Origin: an uncultured bacterium
GTDB taxonomy: Bacteria; Patescibacteriota; Minisyncoccia; UBA6257; 2-01-FULL-56-20
NCBI GenBank assembly: GCA_963718515.1
Contig: OY970354.1
Coordinates: 238,363 to 302,362 of the forward strand
DNA: 64,000 nucleotides
Direction of reading: 5' to 3'
In this document: piece after piece, positions 20,620 to 28,993 of the stretch
Numbering within the stretch: position 1 is the stretch's first letter
How the letters are laid out: each line of letters begins with the position of its first letter
Translations under genes and position numbers: made by a program
The notes under the pieces: model-generated
Database searches by the model: none
Told to the model about the DNA's origin: nothing
The model's input: only the letters and a program-made list of their open reading frames with translations

Positions 20620-21168
20620 ATGACCTGGATAATTCTCGCGATCGTAGTAGTGATCCTTTTGTGGCTCGTTTTGGCCTATAACGGGCTTGTTCAGTCGCGC
20701 AATCGCACGCAGGAAGCGTATTCGGACATCGACGTCCAATTGAAGCGCCGCTATGACCTGATTCCAAACCTGGTCTCCACGGTGCAGGGCTACGCCGCCC
20801 ATGAGAAGTCGGTTTTTGAAGATGTGACGAACGCGCGTTCGCAGGCGATGCAGGCGAGCGGCTCGGCAAAGGCAGACGCGGAGAATCAGCTTTCATCCAC
20901 GCTCAAGTCGCTCTTTGCCGTCGCGGAAAACTATCCGGACCTTAAGGCAAACCAGAATTTTTTGAGCTTGCAGAACGAACTGACCGACACCGAGGACAAG
21001 ATCCAGGCCGCACGCCGTTTCTACAACGGCATGGTCCGCGACTTTAATACGAAGATTCAGGTTTTCCCGACGAATATTTTTGCCAGCATGATGGGCTTTA
21101 CCAAAATGGATTTCTTCGGCAATGATCTGAGCGACGCAGAGAAGCAGCCCGTTGCAGTCAAATTCTAG
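20620..21168 (+). CDS. LemA family protein
   Basis: N-terminal TM segment. LKRRYDLIPNLV, AENYPDLKAN and RRFYN..V..FN motifs. Confidence 0.85.
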   Translation: MTWIILAIVVVILLWLVLAYNGLVQSRNRTQEAYSDIDVQLKRRYDLIPNLVSTVQGYAAHEKSVFEDVTNARSQAMQASGSAKADAENQLSSTLKSLFAVAENYPDLKANQNFLSLQNELTDTEDKIQAARRFYNGMVRDFNTKIQVFPTNIFASMMGFTKMDFFGNDLSDAEKQPVAVKF

Positions 21169-22077
21169 ATGGCAGCAAATCTCTACACACTTCAATCGTC
21201 GAATATCCGGCGCACGTGGATGCTGTTCATCGTGTTCTTCATTGTGATCGGCGCGCTTGGATATTTTATCTCGGTGTATTATGGTGATCCGGATATTCTT
21301 ATTTTCGCGCTGATCTTTTGCGTTGTGTATTCGCTCATCAGTTATTATTCTTCGGCAAGGATCGCGCTTTCGCTTGCGCGGGCCAAGCCGATCGAGAAGG
21401 CCGACAATCCGATGCTCTATAACCTAGTGGAAAATCTGACGATCACCGCGGGCCTGCCGATGCCAAAGCTTTACATCACGCCGGAGCTTCAGATCAACGC
21501 GTTTGCGACGGGTCGCGATCCCCAGCACGCAGCGGTGGCCGTGACGCAGGGCGCTTTGCAAAGATTAAATAAAGATGAACTGCAGGGCGTGCTCGCGCAC
21601 GAGCTTTCGCACGTGGGCAACCGCGATATTTTGGTCTCGACCGTGGCGGCGATCCTTGCCGGCATCATCGCGCTCATTGCGGATGTTTTCTTGCGCTCGC
21701 TCTTTTTTGGCGGCATGGGCGGCGGCTGCGGACGTGGCAACGGCGAAGCGCAGGAAATATTCTTCATCGCCGCGATCGTGCTTTCGATCCTCGCGCCGAT
21801 CGGCACGATGCTGATCCAGCTCGCGATCTCGCGCCGCCGCGAAGCGCTCGCCGACGCGTCGGGCGTGCTCCTTACGCGCTATCCGGAGGGATTAATCTCC
21901 GCTTTGCAAAAAATTCAGCAGGACGAGACGCCGATGGCCTCGGCCAAGGATTCCACCGCGCACATGTGGCTCGACACGCCGTTCAAGGGCAAGGGCGCTT
22001 CGTGGTGGCACACGCTCTTTGCGACGCATCCGCCGATCGAACAACGCATCGCGGCGCTGGAGAAAATCTCGGTGTAA
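21169..22077 (+). CDS. htpX: M48 zinc metalloprotease HtpX
   Basis: HELSHVGNRD (HExxH), four TM segments and a C-terminal HPP..QRI. The start abuts the lemA stop. Confidence 0.85.
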   Translation: MAANLYTLQSSNIRRTWMLFIVFFIVIGALGYFISVYYGDPDILIFALIFCVVYSLISYYSSARIALSLARAKPIEKADNPMLYNLVENLTITAGLPMPKLYITPELQINAFATGRDPQHAAVAVTQGALQRLNKDELQGVLAHELSHVGNRDILVSTVAAILAGIIALIADVFLRSLFFGGMGGGCGRGNGEAQEIFFIAAIVLSILAPIGTMLIQLAISRRREALADASGVLLTRYPEGLISALQKIQQDETPMASAKDSTAHMWLDTPFKGKGASWWHTLFATHPPIEQRIAALEKISV

Positions 22078-22138
22078 CGTTTTCTTCTCGGATCGGAATT
22101 TTAATAATTATTTAATCTATCTATGCTATGTTCTCGGC

Positions 22139-22867
22139 ATGGCACAGAAAATCTTTAAATTAGGAACAATTGATAGCCGTATAAAAGGAGGCAAGATTTC
22201 ACAACAACGACGACGCGAATACCCTGAAAAATATCGGGCTTTAGGCTGTAAGGTAAAAAAAGTTTTTATACAGCCGGAATATTCAACCGCATTCGCAGAA
22301 TTTATTGGGATTGTGCTTGGGGATGGAGCTATTAGTAACTATCAAGTGAGGATAACATTAGATCGATATCGCGACCGGGAATACGCCAATTTTGTAAAAA
22401 ATCTTACGGAAATCGTCTTGGGTGAGACTCCGTCTGTGGCAATTTATGAATACGATAATACAATCTCGTTAACCCTCTCGGGGATCGGTCTAGTAGAGAT
22501 GCTTGAAAGAGTGGGAATGACAAGGGGAGATAAAATCGCTCACCAGGTTTCCTTCCCTAAATGGATAAGAGATGATTTAAGCTACCGCATTGCATGCGTG
22601 CGAGGTCTTTTTGATACGGACGGTGGGTTATATTTTCACCAAAAAGCCGAGAAAAAATATTTGGGATGGTGTTTTTCAAGCAAGTCAGAACCATTACTTG
22701 TCGATGTATATGACGCATTGCGAAATTTGGAATTTAATGTTAAAAAAGCAGGAGGGTATAAACTCTGTATGTATCGCCTTAGCAGTATCGAGCGATACTT
22801 ATCGTTAATAGGATCAAGTAATCCCAAAAACGATGCGAGGATGAGATTTTATAAAGCTCAAAAATGA
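22139..22867 (+). CDS. free-standing LAGLIDADG-family homing endonuclease-like protein
   Basis: ATG at 22139. Two LAGLIDADG-type motifs are present: FIGIVLGDGAI and VRGLFDTDGGLY. The gene is clearly AT-richer than its flanks. Confidence 0.7.
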   Translation: MAQKIFKLGTIDSRIKGGKISQQRRREYPEKYRALGCKVKKVFIQPEYSTAFAEFIGIVLGDGAISNYQVRITLDRYRDREYANFVKNLTEIVLGETPSVAIYEYDNTISLTLSGIGLVEMLERVGMTRGDKIAHQVSFPKWIRDDLSYRIACVRGLFDTDGGLYFHQKAEKKYLGWCFSSKSEPLLVDVYDALRNLEFNVKKAGGYKLCMYRLSSIERYLSLIGSSNPKNDARMRFYKAQK

Positions 22868-22871
22868 AGAA

Positions 22872-22958
22872 GGAGAGGTGTGCGAGTGGCTGAAACAACG
22901 ATCCTGGAAAGATCGTATGTCCGAAAGGGCATCGAGGGTTCGAATCCCTCCCTCTCCG
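22872..22958 (+). tRNA. tRNA-Ser (anticodon GGA)
   Basis: GGAGAGG/CCTCTCC acceptor stem, anticodon loop CUGGAAA, long variable arm and T-loop GGTTCGAATCC. Confidence 0.85.
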
Positions 22959-23001
22959 CTAACTAAAAATATTCACGTCCATTGTTTGATATAATAGAAA
23001 G

Positions 23002-23415
23002 ATGAACATACTATCTATCCTCGTTTCCGCGATTGCATGTTTTATTATAGGGTTCCTGTTCCACGGACCTCTTTTTGGAAAGACGTGGATGCGACTGGCC
23101 AATGTGACGATGCCTGAGAAGCCGAACTTCAAGGACATGCTGAAGCCGATGTTCTGGAATTTTGTGACGAACATAGTGTGCGCGTCGGTGCTTTCAATGA
23201 TGATTTGGATCGCTTCATATTCGTCCATCATGGGTCCGATGACGTGGTATAAGGGTATGATTATTGGCGCATGGCTTTGGCTGGGCTTCACCGCAATGTG
23301 GACCGCGATCGATGTGATCTGGATGAAGAAATCATGGAAACTTTGGCTTTTCGATTCGATCTCTTTCCTCGTCTCCATCGTGGCAATGGGCGTGATTTTA
23401 GGTGCTTGGCGCTAG
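23002..23415 (+). CDS. DUF1761-family membrane protein
   Basis: 137 aa with 4 TM segments. The N-terminus is ...IIGFLFHGPLFGKTWMRL. Confidence 0.6.
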   Translation: MNILSILVSAIACFIIGFLFHGPLFGKTWMRLANVTMPEKPNFKDMLKPMFWNFVTNIVCASVLSMMIWIASYSSIMGPMTWYKGMIIGAWLWLGFTAMWTAIDVIWMKKSWKLWLFDSISFLVSIVAMGVILGAWR

Positions 23416-23528
23416 TGGTATTTTAAGATTTATTCAGAACTCGGTTCCACGCTGTCCGCAATTGATTCCTCAGAATCATCATGGTATAAATTGTCTCAGC
23501 AGTCCGTAATCGAGAGAGTGAGGCAAGT

Positions 23529-24200
23529 ATGAAACGCAGGTTGATATTCACCTTGGCGGTAGCGGCGTTCGGTCTTCCGGCGTTTGCACAGAGCGCGCCG
23601 CAAGCGAATTCTGCACAACCTTCAACCACCGGCATCATCGATCGCCTGAAGGATCCGGACCAGAGGAAACAGCTTGAGCAGGCGCTCGATATTCTCCAGA
23701 AAGCGGCGAACGATCAAGCCCAAGATGCGAAGTCCGGGGACCATAAGACCGTCGGCGATGCTTTGGATAAGGGCCTCGACATGGCCAAAGAAACCGTCGT
23801 CTATCTGGCGGGCAAGATCGAGCAGGTGGCTCCTCAGCTCTGGCGGGTGCTGGTCATCCAGCAGTATGTGAAGGGCGCGACATTGCTCATTCAGCCAATC
23901 GGGTTCTTGTTCTTGGTTTGGATCTATCGCCGTTTGTTGTTAAAATGGTGGAGGCCCTCGCCTAGCGACGACAACCCCGAGGAACGGCTCATTGATCCGG
24001 GCGGTGCGGATGAAATTCCTTGGCCAACGCATAAGGGTTGGAGAGGGACGCTCACGATTGCCGTTCCCTTGGTTGCGATAATTGTTGGGGGGATTTGGTT
24101 TTACACTGCGTTCACAAATGCGGCCGGCTACTTCATCAACCCCAATTACTACGCGCTGAAGGACATCATTCAGCTCGTCAGGAACCCCGCCGGATTCTAG
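23529..24200 (+). CDS. hypothetical secreted/membrane protein
   Basis: Signal-peptide-like start MKRRLIFTLAVAAFGLPAFAQ, plus two later hydrophobic segments. Confidence 0.5.
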   Translation: MKRRLIFTLAVAAFGLPAFAQSAPQANSAQPSTTGIIDRLKDPDQRKQLEQALDILQKAANDQAQDAKSGDHKTVGDALDKGLDMAKETVVYLAGKIEQVAPQLWRVLVIQQYVKGATLLIQPIGFLFLVWIYRRLLLKWWRPSPSDDNPEERLIDPGGADEIPWPTHKGWRGTLTIAVPLVAIIVGGIWFYTAFTNAAGYFINPNYYALKDIIQLVRNPAGF

Positions 24201-24227
24201 GTCGGCGGAATCGTTCACAAAAGCTTT

Positions 24228-24253
24228 AGGCGGTCAGAAATGGCCGCCTTTTA
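24228..24253 (+). terminator. intrinsic terminator
   Basis: AGGCGG ... CCGCCT hairpin followed by TTTT. Confidence 0.5.
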
Positions 24254-24337
24254 CTATCCTTTTAATACAGTTTTAATCCCTGGCCTGGTATGCTATACTG
24301 GCTAGGATAGCATAAATCCCTAGATATATAGCCAATT

Positions 24338-24859
24338 ATGGACAAAATCGCATTACGGGAGCGGATTCCTGAATCTGTGCTACCGCACCCAAAAGGAGTT
24401 TATAACCGGTCGAAGTATGCCTTCTGGAAAATGATCTACCCTCTCCATAACGCCGGGAGGGATGTCCTTTTGTCCGCCGGACTCATCCACCACCCCTATC
24501 CAAGTGGCAGGCAAGACTTCATGCTCGGAATGCTTGCACCGGATAAGTCGGTAGAGGCGTTCGTGAAACATTTAGGGGAACAAGGATTTTTTAATCACTT
24601 TATTGCCTGGAAAGATTCCGGCGAGATAGTCAGCGTGCGGCGTGCGGTGGATTTTGAATGGCAATACCACCTCCGCCTATTTGCCGATGGAGAGGTGCGT
24701 GGACATTACGAGTACACGCCGGAAAGTCATCCGATATGGCACTACTACGAAATCCGGCAGGAAGAGCGCCGACACCAGTTTTTGGAGTTTTTGGGAGATT
24801 GGATTGTGCCCGCTGCAGCTTCAGTGCACACGTCCACTTCTGCTCTCAATAAAAATTAA
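24338..24859 (+). CDS. hypothetical protein
   Basis: 173-aa ORF with no motif I recognise. Its 3' end overlaps the convergent ATP-grasp gene by 39 nt. Confidence 0.45.
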   Translation: MDKIALRERIPESVLPHPKGVYNRSKYAFWKMIYPLHNAGRDVLLSAGLIHHPYPSGRQDFMLGMLAPDKSVEAFVKHLGEQGFFNHFIAWKDSGEIVSVRRAVDFEWQYHLRLFADGEVRGHYEYTPESHPIWHYYEIRQEERRHQFLEFLGDWIVPAAASVHTSTSALNKN

Positions 24860-26080
24860 ATCCCACACGTCGCCCGCCGCATTGCGCGCCGGGCCTTTTA
24901 ATGGAAAATGATGCAGGTCGATGAATGGCAGGCTGTTGCACTCGATCACGCCGCACTTTTGCTCTTTCCACGAGCGCGCCATATCGTCCATCATGAAGTC
25001 GACGCCGACGAGCGGATCGTCGAGCACGTTTGCGATGTGTAAAAATAATCTTTCATTGTCCGGGTGGATATCCGTGATCTCCGTCGTCGATGCGCCGTAC
25101 GCACGGCTCACCTTTGGATGGATGATGACCATGCGGTCTTTTTCCGGCACGGAATCGAGCGAAAGGTTTTGATCTTTGAGGATCGCGATCGTTTCTTCGC
25201 CGAGCGGGAGTTCGTGGAATATCGGTCCGTGCCGCAGTGGATTATTATTTTCCTCCACGATGAGCTCGTGCACGGTGCGCGTGCCGTCGCCCGTTACGTG
25301 CGGCGGTTCGCGGCGCATGACGCCCGCGATGCGCCCCCCCACGAGCGTGATGCGGAAGACGAATCCCGAAAGCTCTTCTTCTACGACGACGCGCGGGGAA
25401 AGTTGCTTTGCTTTATAAAATGCGTGGCGAAGTGCGGCGACGTCCGTGATATTTACATATGTGTGGCGGCTTCGTGAACCGATCGCCGGTTTTATAATGG
25501 CGGCGTCGGTGTCGTCGCCCACGATTGCGCGGAATACTTTTTCCGCGTCCTTGAACGTGCTCACGCTCCTGCCGCGTGGAACGGGGACGCCCGCCGCACG
25601 GAATTTTTTGAGGATGACGCCTTTGTCGTCCATCCAGTCGAGCGAGGATTCGTGCGCGGCGCGCGGGCGGGGGAGTCCGTCGAAGCCGCGCGTGTCGCCG
25701 CGGTAACTTGCGTAAAATATCTCACGGGCGAGGCCGAAAGGTCGGAACTCGCGCATTACGATGCCGCGGCGCTCGGCCTCTTCCCAGAGCACCCGGGCGC
25801 GCCAATTGTTTTTTTCGTCGGCGTGCGCGACGATCTCACCCAAGCCGAGCGCCGCGAGCGTGCGCGCCGCCGCCGGCGCCAGCCGCCCTGGCCGCGTCCA
25901 CGCAACGACGGGCTTTATTCCCTGCCACACGATTGCCGGTGGCTTTTGCATATAGCCCAACAGCGCATCCGCGCGAACCGACCATCGCTCCACGAAGTGC
26001 GATACGCCCGCCGGACCGCAGTCCGGACAGTATGCGCGTGTGCTTGCGTTGGTGTGCCCACTTGCATGAGTGTCTGCCAT
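24821..26080 (-). CDS. ATP-grasp domain ligase (RimK / cyanophycin-synthetase-like)
   Basis: KKFRAAGVPVPRG..., AIIKPAIGSRSRHTYV, VVVEEELSGFVFRITLVGGR and IECNSLPFIDLH match an ATP-grasp core. The exact start is uncertain. Confidence 0.6.
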   Translation of the reverse strand: MADTHASGHTNASTRAYCPDCGPAGVSHFVERWSVRADALLGYMQKPPAIVWQGIKPVVAWTRPGRLAPAAARTLAALGLGEIVAHADEKNNWRARVLWEEAERRGIVMREFRPFGLAREIFYASYRGDTRGFDGLPRPRAAHESSLDWMDDKGVILKKFRAAGVPVPRGRSVSTFKDAEKVFRAIVGDDTDAAIIKPAIGSRSRHTYVNITDVAALRHAFYKAKQLSPRVVVEEELSGFVFRITLVGGRIAGVMRREPPHVTGDGTRTVHELIVEENNNPLRHGPIFHELPLGEETIAILKDQNLSLDSVPEKDRMVIIHPKVSRAYGASTTEITDIHPDNERLFLHIANVLDDPLVGVDFMMDDMARSWKEQKCGVIECNSLPFIDLHHFPLKGPARNAAGDVWDLIFIESRSGRVH

Positions 26081-26114
26081 ACGGGGACAGTATAAATAAT
26101 TTTTGCGCGGTGCG

Positions 26115-27629
26115 CTATGCGAACCCTGGGAAGAAGTCGGTTTTGATCTGCGAGCGCGCCACGCCCATCCCGCGGAGCGTTTTTTTGAATGCGTTCGTCA
26201 TCACGTGCGTGCCGGAAATATAGAACACGCGTTCTTTGTAATCGGGCATTTCTTTTTGGATCATTGCGCTGTCGATTCTGCTGTTCACGCCATCGTCTGC
26301 GCCGGTCGTCACATAAAGCGTTTTCAATCCGATCTTTCGCGCCGCCTCATCGAATATTCCGCGATAAGCGACTTCTTCCGGCGTGCGATTGGAATAGAAG
26401 AGCATCGCATCGCGCCGTTCGCCGCGGTCAACAAGATCTTTCACCATACTGCGGAATGGCGTGATGCCGATGCCGCCCGCGATGAATGCCAGCTTGCGCC
26501 GCGCGTCTTTTGGTAGAGTAAAGTCGCCCGCGAGTTGTCCTGCAATGATTGTCTCGCCGGGTTTGAGCGCAAGGAGCGCGCTTTTAAAACTGCTCGATGG
26601 TTCGTAGAACCGCACGCCAAGATGGACATCGTCTTCGGTGGGTGACGATGCTATCGTAAAGTAGCGCCGGTTTCCGCGCCCGTCGGTTTTTGCATGGCCG
26701 AGCGTCCACTCAAGATATTGCCCCGGCCGGAATGATAATTTTTTGTCGGTGGCATTATTGTATTGGAATGTGAAATCGTATATGCCCGCACCGACCTCTT
26801 TCTTCTCTTTCAACCTCAATATCTTTTTCCCCTTCGGACTCACCGCATACGAGAAAATATTCCCCACGAGCAGTGCGAGCTCCGGGGACGAATAAATAGA
26901 GCCGACGTGGATCGCGGGGGCGTAGAGAATGCCGACGAGCGCGCCGTATGCGATGCGCCGCGATCGCGTGGGAGGCGTGGTGAGCGGTTCGGTGATCATG
27001 ATTGAGGCAAAGAAGAGGACTGGCGTGTGCAAAAATATCTTTTGGATGGTCGCAAGCGCCGCGGTGTCCGGATGGGTGACGATGCAACTTGCCATCGCAA
27101 AGGCGAGGAAGCTGAGCGCCAGATCAAAGCGCTGAATCTTCCGGAGCACGAGAATGCCGCCGATCACGACGAACGCCATGAGCGGCAGGTTGCCGCCGAC
27201 CCACCAGCTCGCCGTCTGGTTGAACGAGAGCGCGGTCACCGCCACGGCGAACGCCGCCGGGTTGAAGATATGCTTCTTGTCTATCGTAAAGATATATTTC
27301 GACGCCATCGCGAGCACCGCGGCCCACGCGAGGAAGCTCAGCGTTGCCACGTCCGTCGGCATGCCTGGCGTGATGATGAGCGCGAGGATGAGCGCCGTGA
27401 TATAGACCGATTCAACGTTGGGCTGTGCCTTGAAGAGATGGGCGAGGACGCCGTTTGCAACCCATGCGACGATGACCAAAAAGAGTGTGGAAAAAATAAT
27501 GGCGATGGGATTGTAGGGAAGGACGCCGATCGCGCCGAACACGGCCGCGATCGCGAGCAGAATGATCAGGTAATACATCACGAGGCGATACATCGTGATC
27601 TTATTCAGAAAGCGGTCAATTAGATTCAT
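26115..27629 (-). CDS. membrane oxidoreductase: N-terminal RnfD/NqrB-like polytopic domain fused to a ferredoxin-NADP reductase-like FAD/NAD(P) domain
   Basis: The N-terminal ~270 aa are polytopic and contain KHIFNPAAFAV. The C-terminal region has RRYFTIASSP (RxYS-type FAD site) and AGGIGITPFRSM (NAD(P) site). Confidence 0.7.
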   Translation of the reverse strand: MNLIDRFLNKITMYRLVMYYLIILLAIAAVFGAIGVLPYNPIAIIFSTLFLVIVAWVANGVLAHLFKAQPNVESVYITALILALIITPGMPTDVATLSFLAWAAVLAMASKYIFTIDKKHIFNPAAFAVAVTALSFNQTASWWVGGNLPLMAFVVIGGILVLRKIQRFDLALSFLAFAMASCIVTHPDTAALATIQKIFLHTPVLFFASIMITEPLTTPPTRSRRIAYGALVGILYAPAIHVGSIYSSPELALLVGNIFSYAVSPKGKKILRLKEKKEVGAGIYDFTFQYNNATDKKLSFRPGQYLEWTLGHAKTDGRGNRRYFTIASSPTEDDVHLGVRFYEPSSSFKSALLALKPGETIIAGQLAGDFTLPKDARRKLAFIAGGIGITPFRSMVKDLVDRGERRDAMLFYSNRTPEEVAYRGIFDEAARKIGLKTLYVTTGADDGVNSRIDSAMIQKEMPDYKERVFYISGTHVMTNAFKKTLRGMGVARSQIKTDFFPGFA

Positions 27630-27633
27630 GGGG

Positions 27634-28410
27634 TTATTCGCCGTCGGCGGCGTATTTTTTAAACCCGGTCGTCATGGTGGCGATCTTGTTCTTATCTATT
27701 ATATATCCCTCAAAGCCTTCCAGTTTTTCAATAAAATTGATGCCTTCCGCGCCCATTGCGAACGCCGCCGTGGCAAACCGGTCCGCTTCGTAGATATTCG
27801 GCCCGATCACGGTCAGGCTTACGATGCCGTCGACCGGCGCGCCCGCACCGCCATTACCGCGCGGATCGTAAATATGCAGGCCGCGGATATACGTGCCCGA
27901 CGTGGCGACGCCTTCGGTCGTGACGTGCACCACTTTAATATTCTCATTTGGATTGAAAGGATTCTTTATACCCACCGCCCACTTTTTGCCGTCGGCATTA
28001 TGCCCGTGCGGCTGGATGTCGCCGCCGGCATCGACATAAAAATTTTCAAACCCCCTCTTTTGCAAAAGTTGCGCGGCGTTCCAGATCGCCCAGCCCTTCA
28101 CGAGGCCCGATGGATCATATTTTCCGTTTGGCGTTTCAATGTCAAAATAGCCGTTTGTCTCTCGCTTTGTTTCTTCGCTGAGTGCAAAAACGAGTTGCAT
28201 CTCCTCGCTTGCGTTTGCGAGGGCGAGTGAGTCGTCGTTGATAGCCGTTATCTCGCTCGTCGATTTGTATGTGCTGAATGTTTCGTCGATGTGCGTAAAA
28301 TATGCGAAGACCTCGTCAAAGATTTTTGTCGCGGCTTTTTCTGCCGCGTGCGGGTCCTCGATTATCTCGATAGTGATGGGCATACCCATCAGAAATCGTG
28401 TCTGCTTCAT
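27634..28410 (-). CDS. apbE: FAD:protein FMN transferase (ApbE family)
   Basis: FLMGMPITIEI, YDPSGLVKGWA, VDAGGD and ATSGTYIRG motifs. I see no obvious signal peptide or lipobox. Confidence 0.8.
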   Translation of the reverse strand: MKQTRFLMGMPITIEIIEDPHAAEKAATKIFDEVFAYFTHIDETFSTYKSTSEITAINDDSLALANASEEMQLVFALSEETKRETNGYFDIETPNGKYDPSGLVKGWAIWNAAQLLQKRGFENFYVDAGGDIQPHGHNADGKKWAVGIKNPFNPNENIKVVHVTTEGVATSGTYIRGLHIYDPRGNGGAGAPVDGIVSLTVIGPNIYEADRFATAAFAMGAEGINFIEKLEGFEGYIIDKNKIATMTTGFKKYAADGE

Positions 28411-28428
28411 GCGGGACGGGCCTGCAAA

Positions 28429-28881
28429 TTAACTCTTTGCCTGCGAGAGCGCCGAAGCGAGGGATTGCTGGAAGGCTTCGGAGTCTTGCGTGGCTCCCGA
28501 AACGATGTTGACGTTCGCGCTTTGCGCGGTGATCGCTTCCTGCTTGAGCGCTGGCAGGGCCATCGCGCTCACGTCGCTTGAGTGGCCGCCGCTCGGGGCC
28601 TGCGGGAAGGTGACGTTGGTGATGAGCCCGCCCTGGATTGTGACGGTCGCTTGGAGGCTTCCATAGAAGGCGTCCGCCACACTGCCGGTGTAGATACCGT
28701 CTTTATATTGGCCGGTTGGGGTGGTGGTCGTCGCAGGCGGCGGCGTGCCCGGCGTACTTGTTGGAGGCACGGTCGTCGCCACCGACGGCGCGGAACCTTT
28801 ATTGGCAAAAATGACGTATGCGACGACTGCTATCACGAGGATACCCCCAATGACGTATTTGGTAATCGATGATTTGTTCAT
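28429..28881 (-). CDS. FMN-binding domain protein, N-terminally membrane anchored
   Basis: N-terminal TM segment, a Pro/Thr linker, and an FMN_bind domain with VNIVSGATQDS (the flavinylation motif [S/T]GAT). Confidence 0.75.
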   Translation of the reverse strand: MNKSSITKYVIGGILVIAVVAYVIFANKGSAPSVATTVPPTSTPGTPPPATTTTPTGQYKDGIYTGSVADAFYGSLQATVTIQGGLITNVTFPQAPSGGHSSDVSAMALPALKQEAITAQSANVNIVSGATQDSEAFQQSLASALSQAKS

Positions 28882-28993
28882 GAGTGAAAGTATACCTTAG
28901 ACGATACGACCCTGCCAATGGTTTGGGTGCCCACTGCCGAGCCGGGCCAACGCCTGAGATATTCCCGCCGGAGTATTTTTGGCATATAATACG

